Position numbers and translations under genes: made by a program. From Callorhinchus milii (taxonomy: Eukaryota): a stretch of DNA of 64,000 nt. Where the stretch lies: NCBI RefSeq assembly GCF_018977255.1, contig NW_024704742.1, positions 121,708,001-121,772,000 of the forward strand, read 5' to 3'. Positions within the stretch are counted from its first letter, which is position 1. Each line of letters opens with the position of its first letter. Positions 1-12,645 of the stretch are shown here, piece after piece. Below the pieces are notes generated by a model that had not been told where the DNA came from, did not search any database, and saw only the letters and a program-made list of their open reading frames with translations.

Positions 1-1069
1 CATAAAAGATTTCTTATTAATAAATGTCTAACTTTCTTGAACATTAAATGTTCTGAAAATGCGGTTTCACATTTTTTTGAGACTGTGATAGTTCTAAGGA
101 AAAATCACATAAAAAATACCACAATTCATACCACAAGTTATACTACAGTGTATTCTTAGTCTTCTGTTCCTCACTCACTTTACAGGCAATTAAAATCCAG
201 GCTTGGCATTATCTAACCATGTTAGGTTCCTGTGGTGATGGTTTTAACCTTGGCTATGGGTGCACTATCTCTTAGTCTTTCACCCAGGTTCACATTAATA
301 CAAAAACACATGAAGAAATGGGCCAGATTTTGATGAAAATTATATCTTCTTTTTATTACATCAGGATCAGGGAAGAATAAAGACAAGTATACTTAAATGG
401 TCTTGTACCAAATATTATTAGCAGAAATATTAAAGTCCAATTTTTAACAAGCGCTCCAAGATGCTATCCGGCATGAAGGGCAATATTTAAATGCAAGTTG
501 TTGTAGTTTTGGCTGTTCAGTGACCTATTAATGGCGATGATGTTGGGTTTGGGGCATTCCAATTAACAGTAGCAAGTTAAGTCTGTGTTCCTCGTGAATT
601 CAAAATGTTTCTTTCAATTGTTCATCTCAATTGGCTGTTTGTTGAATATTGCTGTGGGCAAATCGGCAGACACATTTACCTACAAAATACAGATGGATTA
701 TTTTTATCTGGCAGTTCATGCTCTGTCATGAGGTTTCAGAGTGTCTAATATGTTGCAATCTATTGATCTGTTGTTTTGTCATTGGAACGGGTAAGTTCCC
801 ATTATAAAAATATAGTGAAACATGTCAGACCGCTTTGTGCCATTTTATTCCTTTTGGGAGAACGCTACAACTTAAGGGTTAAGGATCTTGTTAGAATTAG
901 TCCTGGTTGAGCTTGGGTTTGGTTAGAGCTCATGTCTATCATGCACCCAGATTATACTGAAAGCCAGCTACATCTGATTTCTGGCACAAGCCAGCTTTTT
1001 ACATTAAAAAAGTTTGACTTCTGGGTTGTCAGGTCAATTCCTGAGTTGCATGCATGTGCACTGGGCAAG

Positions 1070-1410
1070 AACAACAACAACAACAACACAATCACATTTG
1101 TATAGCGCCTTTCATGTCGGGAGGATGTTCCAAGGCGCTGGACAGTCAAAGTTTTGGACCCGAGCTGGGGTTTGGGATTGGGGAGGGTAGAGGGCAGGGG
1201 GGAAGCAGGGAGGTCGAAGAGGAGGGTCTTGAGATGGGTCTTGAAGGAGGTGAGGGAGAGGGTGAGGCGGAGGGACTGCGGGAGTTCCAGAGGGTGGAGA
1301 CAGAGTGGCAGAAGGCCCACCCGCTAATGGCGGGGCGAGTGAGATGGGGAATATGAAGTAGGCCGGAGTCTGCTGAATGGAGGGAGGGGGCAGGATGCTA
1401 GGTGTTAGTG
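1070..1410 (-). mobile_element. L2 LINE 3' end fragment
   Basis: Minus strand encodes SLRLTLSLTSFKTHLKTLLF (L2 ORF2 C-terminus), then the AGCGCCTT...AAAGGCGCT stem-loop and a (TTG)n tail. Confidence 0.85.
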
Positions 1411-1699
1411 ATGTCACTCCCTATGTAGTATGCACAGAAAATGCTTCTAATGTCACTTCCTGGGTATCAGGGGTGCCTCCTACCAAAGTGAAAACAATTT
1501 AGCAAAAGTTCGTCCCATTAACTTGTTTTTTCTAAATCAAATTCTTACTGTTTTTTGCGTATCCACATGGGTTCCTTTTCATGTATGTCAAAAGTTCACT
1601 CAAGTAGTTTTGTGTGAATGTATTTGTACTTGCAGGTATATCTGTAATATTCTGCTTTACCTGATTACATAATTGGAAAATGAACCAGGGAAAATGGAA

Positions 1700-2560
1700 A
1701 GGAAAGGGTGTCCATCAGCAAAGGTGGAAAGAAAAAGGATTTGTAATAATTATTGATTAATCATTTGAAAGTTTCAAGCCTCGTGAAGCTGTTAGAAAAG
1801 GTAATTGGGGCACATCTCAAGGGCATTTGTAAAATGCAAGTTACTCTAACCTTGTATAGCTTATTGGCAGAGCTTCATTTGGAATAATGGGGGGAAAGTT
1901 GTGACCTGCGATCTGTTCATATCTTATCCCCGTGATAAGAATCCCATTGTTGATAAATGTGCTCAAGAAGGCTAGTTGATCTCTAATGACTGGCTGTGGG
2001 TGTAACTCTGTGGGTGGTTAGCAAGATACTGGCTTACTACGGAAAGGATTTTTTTGGTTGAGTTAAGATAGTGCCCAACTGATCACATCTATCAAAGAAA
2101 CTTAACATGTCACAGGTCACAATTTGTACCCCACCGTCTGCAATTTTGAGTGCCCTGACTTCAAAAGAACATTTGTACATCGCAAAGGATTCAACATCGA
2201 GTTGGCAAGGGAAGAGGTTCACTAAGATGAACATGAAGTTTAATTGGAGAAAAGCAGATTGAGGAGAGAGGCACAGATAATGCAAATGTAAGCAGGCTGC
2301 TTAACATCGACTTAGAGTATAAAAATAGAGAGATGAATACAAAATTAACAAGCCTCGAGCAAGATTAGAAATTAGAGGCATATTTCTCTTCTTGAGAGGA
2401 GTGGATATCTGGCTCAAACTCCCAGCAAAGCAATTAACTTCTTTCAAAAACACTGGATGATATCTGGTTAGGAATAGAATTGAATGTTGTATTGGGACAA
2501 ATACACAGAATTGCTTAAATACTCCATAGGGCACAATGTGTCCCGGACTGGTGGAAACAT
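1700..2560 (+). mobile_element. Highly degraded CR1 LINE 3' region
   Basis: Decayed LY..L...HLE and LEK..LR motifs similar to the better-preserved CR1 copies at 25.6-26.1 kb and 59.5-60.0 kb. Confidence 0.55.
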
Positions 2561-2960
2561 GAGAATGCCATCCATAGAAATAAAAATAGTGAGGTTTGAA
2601 TAATGAGTGTTAGTATAAGCAGGTATTCTGCAGTTTTCCTGAACTACCTTCAGGGTCAAGGAGGACGTTTTGAGGAAACATTGCTCGGTTTTGCTAGTGG
2701 ACTAGCATAGGTGATAGAGCAGCAGTATGGGAAATATAGGAAACATTCAGGGTGTATCATGCTTCCTTCCAATCTCAGTCTATTACTGTTTCCTATCTAT
2801 GTTTGAGTGCAGCTAAAGATAGTGCACTGACTTAACTCATTTGCTAACCGGTGAAGCCATTGCTGAAATACTGACTGTAAGGTTGAAAAGTAAGGCCAGG
2901 TAAGCAACAGCCAAGATTATAGCTGGAATCCTTTAATGTGACTCTTAATAATACTGATAT

Positions 2961-3290
2961 AATAATAATCCTTGCATTTGATATAGCGCCTTATCACGTC
3001 TTTGAGGTGTCTCAAAGCGTTTCACAGAATAATAATAATATTGATAATCCTTGCATTTGATATAGTGCTTTTCACGTCTTCTCTTCATCTCAAAGCGCTT
3101 CACAGAATAGACTGTAAAGTGAATTGACTGTATATTTTGTGGGCGAAACGCGGCAGCCAATTACGCACAGCAGTGCCCCACAAACAGTCGTGGAGTGACC
3201 AATTTCTTTATTTTTTGAAGGAATTATTACCTCCGGAAAAGGAATCCGCCAACAGAGGCATGTGGAGTAAGGAAACTTTCGCCCTGCCAA
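2961..3290 (-). mobile_element. tRNA-headed SINE, 5'-truncated, with an extra tandem 3' tail
   Basis: Two consecutive copies of the AATAATCCTTGCATTTGATATAG tail followed by SINE body. Confidence 0.85.
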
Positions 3291-3569
3291 ATCTTTTCAT
3301 TTGGTATTGCGTCTTTCAGGTTGGGAAGATCGACTAAAGCGCTTCACAGGTTATACTGTAAAGTGCACTAATTGTATGTTTTGTGGGTGAATGTAGGCAC
3401 TAATTTTCACACAGCATTGTCCCACAAACAGAAACACCCATGAAATGAATGATCATTTTTATTTGGAGGATTGTTGGGCAGGACACAAGGAGAAACTCAC
3501 TTTCCATGGGATTTGTAATGTTCACCTGAACAGGCAGGTGGGGCTTCAGTTTAATATCTTTAATACAGG

Positions 3570-4092
<523 letters not shown>

Positions 4093-4610
4093 TCTCATCT
4101 GAAGGACGGCACCTCCGAAAATGAAGCACAGCCCACAGCACTGCATTAGAGTGTCAGCTCAGGCTGTGAGTTCTAAGTCCAGATGTAGGTCTTGAACCAC
4201 AACCTTTTGACTCAGAGGTAAGAGTGTTACCGCAGTCACTATCTTTGGACGAGGCTGGTGTATGTGTTGGAGAAGGGGTTAAGGTTTCAGTTCTCTGGGC
4301 AGTTTCTCAGAAAAATGTAACGCTTCATAACAAATTCATTGTGAATTATCCTATGGTATCTGTTATGAATACCCATTATGTGAGATTGGTATTCTTTTAA
4401 TGTAAAGCAATCATTTGTGATTTTGTTTATGAAACAAAAATTCACTTAGATTAGGTATTCACTTTTAAAGTCCCTTAAGATATTGAATAGAAGCCTTACA
4501 GTTGCTCATGATCATTACTGTATTAAGAAGATGTTGAAAGTACATCATACAACTTGATCACAGTCAATGCCTGCATAATTCTGCCCAGAAGCTATGTACG
4601 TCCTCGGTCT

Positions 4611-4814
4611 CTCACTCACTCACTCACTCACTCACTCACTCACTCACTCACTCACTCACTCACTCACTCACTCACTCACTCACTCACTCACTCACTCACT
4701 CACTCACTCACTCACTCACTCACTCACTCACTCACTCACTCACTCACTCACTCACTCACTCACTCACTCACTCACTCACTCACTCACTCACTCACTCACT
4801 CACTCACTCACTCA
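4611..4814 (+). repeat. Microsatellite (CTCA)51
   Basis: Perfect tandem array seen directly. Confidence 0.99.
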
Positions 4815-4972
4815 CATGCATCTTGCTGCCTCCTAACATGAGCTGTAGTATTTGATTTAAAATGCTAGCTGTTTGGGAGGGAGGGGAGGGAGCGAAATAA
4901 GAGAGCGATGCTGATTGTTAATGTGTGTAAATCGCTTGTCCCAGAAGTGCTAGTCGATTGACCTGTGGTAAC

Positions 4973-5026
4973 ATGCAGAAAGGATTCTCAAAGCTTTCAA
5001 GCAAATTGAATAAAGAAGATCTCTTT
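4973..5026 (+). CDS. Candidate alternative first coding exon, MQKGFSKLSSKLNKEDLF, phase-0 donor; host gene not identified
   Basis: aacATG start, 18 open codons, then GTGAGT donor at 5027; repeat-free context with GGGAGGGAGGGGAGGGAG about 100 bp upstream; no homologue recognised. Confidence 0.35.
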
Positions 5027-6077
5027 GTGAGTACATCCATCTAAGTAATTGTATTGAATCTTTTACTATATCAATTTTAATGCTGATTTGTTTCATTGTA
5101 AAGTTGTTTATATGAGGCTAAAATTAGTCATCTTTTCCAGGTTAAAATTGTATGTTGTGAACAGTTTTCTGAAGATGTAATGCTTATGTATATTGGTTAT
5201 AGTTACTGAGCTGTGTTCATTGCCAGGAAATTAGAGGTGAAGCCTTGTGAGTAAGCTAATATGTAGTTGTCCCCTTAATGTGTTCATTTAATAAAAATAA
5301 AAATAATCTTTCATTTGACATAGCTTCCTTTGATGTCAGGAGGATGGCTCAAAGCTAGAGAAGTGCTGCACAGGATTTTACTGTAAAGTTTAATGATTTG
5401 GATTTTGAAGGCAAATGTAGCAGACAGTTGTGCACCTGAATGACCCACAACACTTGCTTAACTACTAGCCTGCTTAAATGCCAAGTTTATTTAATGTTAG
5501 TTCTCTATACCTACTTAAATGTATACCTGTTCCAGCACTGTGGTTCCAATTTTTTATTCTCTTCATCAATCAGGCCTTTCTCAATTTTCAAAGTTAGAAC
5601 AGAAAAGGAAAGGCAACATGTATTGACTATGGTTTGACACTTACATCCTGTATTACTAGAGTTTTTACTTGACTGTTTGTGCTTTGCTAAAAGCAGGTTA
5701 CTGTATGTGGGATAATTAGAGGGCACTTTTACTGTTCTATTCTCAGATAAAGTCATTACTGATAAGGAACTTATGGTTTTCAGCAGCAGCATCAACACCC
5801 ATGAGAATATGACTATTATCCAAAAAATGACTCTTACTTTCTCTTTTTTTTACCCTCAGCTATCTATACTGTATGTGATTAATTTCAAATAATATTCCTG
5901 CTAGGTTAAATTAAAATTATACTTGAATAGAATTGTAGAAATGCGTGATTTTGGTCTTTCGGTCTTTGATATTTTATTCTAATGCTAAATTTTTACCCGA
6001 CTTTTTTCTGGTCAGCCTGGCTGTACGACTCAAGTGAAAACCCAACACCATGCATCATCACTGTCTACTACTACAAA

Positions 6078-6420
6078 TAATAATCTTCACATTTGGTATA
6101 GGGCCTTTCACTTTGGAGAGACATGCCAAAGCATATCACAGGATATATTGTAAAGTGCAGTAACTGTGTCTTGTGGGCTAACACGGAGCCAACTTTTGTA
6201 CAGCACTGTCTTTCAAACAGCCAAGAAATGAACAACCAATTTTATTTGGGGGATTGTTGGCCAGAGCACCAGGAGAAACTTCCATTTCTTTTTAAAGAGT
6301 GCCATGGGATCTTTAATGTCCGCCTGAACAGGCAGATGGGACCTTGATTTAAAGTCTCATCTGAAGGATGTCATCTCTGACAAAGAAGCACACCTCCAGC
6401 ATTGTGTTGGAGTATCACCT
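6078..6420 (-). mobile_element. SacSINE1-like DeuSINE
   Basis: Deu-type body GTGCCATGGGATCTTTAATGTCCGCCTGAACAGGCAGATGGGACC plus shared tail. Confidence 0.8.
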
Positions 6421-7204
6421 TAAACTATTGCCATATGAGATCCATGTTGGCGGCAACCTCATAATTTCAAAATCAGCCATTTCTTAGTGTAGGTACTGGC
6501 TGATGTGCGGGGACTGAGCTGGTGATTTGCATGCACAGTGATACTGACTGTAGCTCATTATAAAATGAGTTGGGATTTTATGGAACCCCAGCCATTGCAG
6601 TGTAATGAGACTCCACTGTATAATAGACCAATTTGGGAAAACTCCCAGTTCTGATGTGATCTACTTTCACAACGGAGCTCGGCAAATTGCTTGTTGAGAA
6701 ATCCCATTGAGGGGAAACTCCTGTGTCTGAAGTGCAGCACCTTTGTCGAAGTGGGGTAAACTTGGCAAATATGGGACATTCTCCCCACAGGAAAGGTGCT
6801 ATATAAATATAAGTTTATATTTGTAAGTATCATATTTATAGTTTAAATATCACAAATATGACCAACGTATATCACTCTTACTTGCAAGAAGTGCCTCAAA
6901 GCAATCCACTCTTGCACCGGAGTTCATACGAGCCAGGCTGACCTTCAAATCCCTCCAATGCCTTTGGCTCCTCTCAATCTCTGCATCTCCTTCAGCCACA
7001 TTCTCCTGCTCAGTCTCTTTGCTCTACACACTAGGGCCTGCTGCTCATTCTTTGAACTTTTACCCACTTGGCACTTGCTTTCTGGAATTCCCTCCCTTCC
7101 AAGTGTCAACTTGTGTGAAGTAATTCTGGTTACCCGACTAGGTCCACGTTGTTCCCTAAATTAAATAAATGGATTTTAAATCACTAAAGTTATCAGTAAT
7201 AATA

Positions 7205-7530
7205 CAATAATCTCTGCATTTAATGTAGTGCCTTATCATGTCATCTGAGATGTCAGTAATTTAACATGACTTGTATTGACTGTGCAACTTGTAGCCGAAC
7301 GTGACTGTCTATTTTGCGAACAGCCCTAACCCTAACCCCTTGAACAACCTCCAGAACAAGCAGATGTGGTCTTGATTTAACGTCTCTTGCGAAAGATAGC
7401 ACGTGTGACAATATCCCCAGCACTGCATTGGAGTGTTGGCCTAGACTGTGAGTTCAAAGTCCCCAAATGGGGTTTGTACTCCAACCTTCTGATTCACAGG
7501 CGAGTGTTCTACCAACTAAGCCAGGCTGGC
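7205..7530 (-). mobile_element. SacSINE1-like DeuSINE, degraded
   Basis: Tail, Deu body and tRNA-like head (ACCTTCTGATTCACAGGCGAGTG) in reverse orientation. Confidence 0.7.
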
Positions 7531-7959
7531 ACACAATAAGATGTGTGAGGGTCTGTGAGTATTTTTACCTGTTCCTTTGGGAATTGCCTTATCTCAACAC
7601 GATTCCGTTCCAAAATTATAGCCATTTTGAACCATTTCTTTGTTGGTTCATTAATCCTAAATCCTAACTCCTGTTTACATGACATTCCTGGTGTTGACCC
7701 ATGAAATTAGAATGAGTCTAGGTTAGTTTGTTTTTAATATCTTGGGATACAGTGTTCAGTTTGGGACATGATATGTGCAAGTGACTAGCAGGATGGTGGA
7801 AGGGGAACTGGATGGATCTTGGTCTTCTTTCGTCTCACTGTTCTTATGTTCTTATGTTCACTTCTAAGATATGGTAGAAATCTAGGCTAGAAAGTCAGAT
7901 CTTTTTGTCAACAGTGAGAAACTTCTATGATCATAGAGTTATAATAGTACAGAACCAAC

Positions 7960-8330
7960 TAAATATCCTGAGAACCTTATAGAAATGTCGAAGATACTTA
8001 ATAAGATAGAGAAATTAAACCAGAACAGTATTTTGGGTATGCCAACACAACAACAACTTACATTTATATAATGCCCTTCATGTGGGGTAGCGTCCCAGAG
8101 AAACGGACAAAAGGAGGTAGTTCTTCACACAGAGGTGGGCAAATCAAAAACTTGAATAAGTAACTAGGAAGTTTTTACGATTAGATACCTGACTTATTCT
8201 GGAATTAGGTTGATGCTGTGAGAAATAATAATCCTTGCATTTGATGGGGGAATAATAGGGTTAGTATTGTTGGAGAATGGGATCAAATGGGTTGAACGAA
8301 CAGCCTTTTTCAACTAAATCTGTCTTGTGA
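7960..8330 (+). mobile_element. Degraded CR1 3' fragment interrupted by SINE/L2 tails
   Basis: TTCTTCACACAGAGG and CTTGTGATC terminal motifs shared with the copy at 30.4-30.8 kb. Confidence 0.5.
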
Positions 8331-8657
8331 TCTCTTAGGCTTGGGGGATTTCAACCCAGCTCCCAGTGTATGTGAATCTGCAGCACAAATTGACAGCTTT
8401 ATGCAGATTATTGCTGATGTGTGAAATAGAAACTTTCAAAGTGCACATTGGTGTGGATGCTTCTCTGAGGATAACATTAAGGAATATTGTTCAGGCACAA
8501 TACAGAAGAGCTTTATTCTGCACGTAACTGATGTTGGGCTTGAGCTGAAAGCACTTGCTCTTGACACGAATTCCAAAAAGTCTAAAAATATTGCATTCTT
8601 CAGCATTGAGTACCCTCACCTTAACAACACACGCACACACACAATCATGAATCTACA

Positions 8658-9005
8658 TAATAATAATAATCCTTGCATTTGATATAGCCCCTTATCACGT
8701 CTTCAAGATATCTCAAAGCTCTTCACAGAATATACTGTAAACTAAATTGACTGTATATTTATAGGTGAAATGCAGCAGCCAATTGCACACAATAGTGTCT
8801 CACAATCAGTCATGGATTGAGTGACCAAATTATTTTTATTTATTTTGAAGGAATTATCACCCTGGAAAATTGATTTGCCAATCGACCAGGTTCCTACTTA
8901 CTGCTAGGTGTTTGGACTAAGGAAACTTGCCCAACGTTTCGCCCTGCCGGGTATCAAACCTAGGTCCTCTCGCTTGTGAGGCGAGTGCTGTAACCACTAA
9001 GCAGC
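8658..9005 (-). mobile_element. tRNA-headed SINE, long form
   Basis: Full head to tail, includes the central CCTAGCAGTAAGTAGGAACC segment. Confidence 0.85.
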
Positions 9006-9102
9006 TACATGCTTGATGATGAAAGACTGTGCTTTTTCAAGATGTACAGTGTAAATACTTGGAGTTTCATCCAAGATTATAAGCTTAATAACCTGAAATC
9101 AT

Positions 9103-9480
9103 ACCTTGCATTTGATATAGTGTTGAGACATCTGAAGATGTTTTACAGAAAATTGCTGTAAAGTGTACTGATTGTGTACTTGTAGGCAAATGTGGCAGCC
9201 AGTTTTCACACAACAATGTCCATAAAGTGAATGATCAATTTATTTGGAAGATTGTTGGTCAGGTTACTTAGAAATCTATTCATTTTAACAAATGTCATGG
9301 GACCTCTAACAACAACCTTGGTAAAGTCTCATCTAAAGGATGGCCCATCCAACAATACAAACAATACAACTCCACACCTCCTCCTCAGCACTATGCTAGA
9401 GTTTCATCCAAGATTATAAGCTTAATAACCTGAAATCAGACTTCAACTCTCACCTTTCTGATTAAGAGACAATATTGTTG
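9103..9480 (-). mobile_element. SacSINE1-like DeuSINE
   Basis: Tail, Deu body and decayed head in reverse orientation. Confidence 0.7.
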
Positions 9481-9879
9481 GCTGAAAAACGAAAGGGTGA
9501 ATCATACTGATTCTGGTTTGCTCCAAATACGAGTTGGCTCTGGTACAATATGATGGGTATGAATACATTGGGCTCACTCTTCCATAAACGCTTACTTGAG
9601 AGTTTAAAATGGCGTTTTTTTATATAAAACTTTTATTGAAGAACTTGTCACATAACTGGCCTCTATAAAAGCAACATCCAAACAGCTAGCATATGCAAAA
9701 TGTCCAAATCAAGTGCTTTTAATTTCCTCAACAAGATGTGAAGTGGGTTTCCTTTTCATTTTGCTACTAATGCACTATTTAAAGTATATTTTGGAAATTG
9801 TTCTCAATTGTTCTTAATTCTCAATTGTTCTCAACTTTTTGACCTGTACTGCTCTTTTATTTTAGCCTGAATGCTCCTC

Positions 9880-10145
9880 CGCTTAGTTCACTACCACCAT
9901 AGGCGATCGAGCCTTTAGCTTTTCTACCCCCACTCTCAGGAACTCCATCCTGGAGCCCCCTTCACCTCACCATTTTCCTCACCTCCTTCAAGGTCTATCT
10001 CCAGGACTTTCATCTTTGATCATGCCTTCGGTCATCCTCCCTACCCCTTCTGAATCCAAGCCCTAGCTCAGATACAAATCCTTGACAGTGTAGCGCCTTG
10101 GGACAACCTCCTGCCATAAAAGACTATATATGTATGTTGTGGTTG
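9880..10145 (+). mobile_element. L2 LINE 3' end fragment
   Basis: TIGDRAFS-encoding sequence and L2 tail. Confidence 0.75.
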
Positions 10146-10832
10146 TCCTATGACATGCTGCGGCCCAAAATTCTTAAGGAAAAAATTAAAGCTGCCATTC
10201 ATCAATATGGGAACGATTGAATCATAATATACATATAAGATAGGATATTAATTTGAATGTAGTTAATTGGGAGGAAGCTTCTCATAGGTCATGACTTCAT
10301 TACGTTTTGTTCTTCCGCATGTGTGGGATAAAAATGGTAGTCCATTTCTGGTTGATATAAAACATTACTACGTACTTATCCTTTGAGTATGTCTTTAGAA
10401 CTTGATGGTAGGCCTTACTGTCATTAGAAACACTAACCATGCAAAGAGGCAGAATGTTCAATATCACTAAAATAATCTATCATTGTGACAGATATGGTTG
10501 AAAACACTGTTTTGTTTGCAAGTTATTTTGTATCACAATCAATTTGATTGGTCAGCAGTCATTCTTTGATGCTAACAACTCAACTTACTAGTAATATTGC
10601 CAGGTGCAAGCAGGATGTGAAGTAGGAGAAGTAGTTTCTCCTGGTGTCCTGATCAACAATCCCCCAGGTAAAGTTGGTCATTCATTTCATGGCTTTTTGT
10701 GGGATATCGTTGGGGGCAAATTGCCTTTGGTGTTTGCCGACAAAATACACAATAATTACACTTTATGATAAATTCTGTGAATTTAGGGAAAAGCGACATA
10801 TCAAATGCAAGGATGTAGTATTATTTATAAAT

Positions 10833-12645
10833 CCCTAAAACAGCCATCATCACCCCCACCTTGAAGAAACCTTCCCCTGACCTATCACAGCTATCTAGCT
10901 ACTGGCCCATCTCAAACCTCCCTTTCCTTGAGAGAGCTGTTGCCTCCCAGCTTCTCTCTTTCCGCTCCTCCCACTCCTCCATGAACCCCTCCACTCAGGT
11001 TTCCGTGCTGCTCACAGCACGGAAACTCTGGTCAAGGTTACAAATGACATCCTGACCATGTACGACCAGGACTCCCTCTGTCTCCTCAACTTCCTCGACC
11101 TTTCTGCTACCTTTGACACCGTGGACCTCTCAATCCTCCTCCACCGCCTCTCCTCCCATCTCAATCTTCAAGGTTCTGTCCTTGACTGGTTCAGGTCCTA
11201 CTTTTCACACCACCTCCACTTCATTGCAGCAAATGGCTTCTCCTCCAGCCCCCGCACCGTCTTGTGCGGCGTTCCTCAGGTATCTGTATTGGTCCCCTCC
11301 TCTTCACCCTCTACATGCTCCCCCTTGGTGACATCATCTGCAGACAAGGGGTAAATTTCCACATGTATGCGGATGACACCCAACTCCATCTCTCTGCCTC
11401 CACCCTGAACTCCAGGACTACTGACGTCCTGACCGACTGCCTGCCCAACATCAAGTCCTGGACAAGGGACAACTTTCTCCAACTGAACGTCAGCAAGACT
11501 GAGGCCCCCCTGATTGGCGCCTCTGCACCTCAGGTGCTGGCAGCATCAGCCTCCACGGCTGCACACTCAACCTCACTAAGCCAGTCAGGAACCTGGGTGT
11601 CTTGTTTGACCCTGAACTGTCCTTTCTCCCCCACATCCGCGCCATGACCGGCACTGCCGACCACCACCTCCTCAACATTGCCAGACTCCACCACTGCCTC
11701 ACCCCTCAGGCTGCCGAAACCCTTAGCCACGCATACAGTGGAGTCCTGTAGCTCAGTGGTTAGAGCACTCGCCTTGAAAATGAGACACCTGGGTTCAATT
11801 CCAGGCAGGGCGAAACCTTGGGCTAGTTTCCTTACTCCACACACCTAATAATAATCCCTCCAGAAAACAAAAACAACAATAAATTGGTCATTTTCAATCC
11901 ACAACTGTTTGTGGGACACTTCTGTGCGCAATTGGCTGCCGCGTTTCGCCCACAAATATATGATCAATTCACTTTACAGTCTATTCTGTGAAGTGCTTTG
12001 AGACGTCGAGAAGAAGTGAAAAGCGCTATATCAAATGCAAAGATTATTATTATTATTCATTATCATGATTACGGAAACTCCCTCATCATCGGCCTTCCCA
12101 ACTCTTCCCTTCACAAGCTGCAGATCATCCAAAACTCTGCAGCTTGTGTAGTCTCATGCACCAGGCTCCGTGACCCCATCACTACAACGTTCGCCCGACT
12201 CCACTGGCTCCCCATCCCCTAGAGGTTCGAGTTTAAGATCGTCTTCCTCATTTTCAAGGCCATCCATGGCCTTGCCCCCTCCTACCTCTCTGACCTGCTG
12301 ACTCCCTATCAACCTGCTCGATCCCTTCGTTCGGTGGCTCCGGCTTACTCCAGGTCTCCCGTCCGATCCGCCCTACCATCGGTGGCCGGGCTTTCAGCCT
12401 CTTAGCCCCACACTCTGGAACTCCATCCCACGGTCCCTTCGCCTCTCTTCTTCCCTTGCATCCTTTTAGGCCCTCTCAGGACCCTTCTCTTCGACCGTGC
12501 CTTTGGTTGCCCTCCTACCTCTCTGCCTTCCCTCACCCCTACACCACTCCTCCCCCATGCTCGGGCCCCGACAACTGACTGTTCAGCGCTTTGGGACGTC
12601 CTCCCAACGTGAAAGGCGTTCTATAAATGTAATTTTGTTGTTGTT
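10833..12645 (+). mobile_element. L2 LINE (subfamily A), 5'-truncated RT region with frameshifts, interrupted by a SINE
   Basis: RT motifs [43 protein letters not shown]; 3' stem-loop and (TTG)n tail. Confidence 0.95.
11740..12057 (+). mobile_element. tRNA-headed SINE, short form, inserted in L2
   Basis: A box TAGCTCAGTGG, B box GGTTCAATTCC, (ATT)n tail. Confidence 0.95.
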
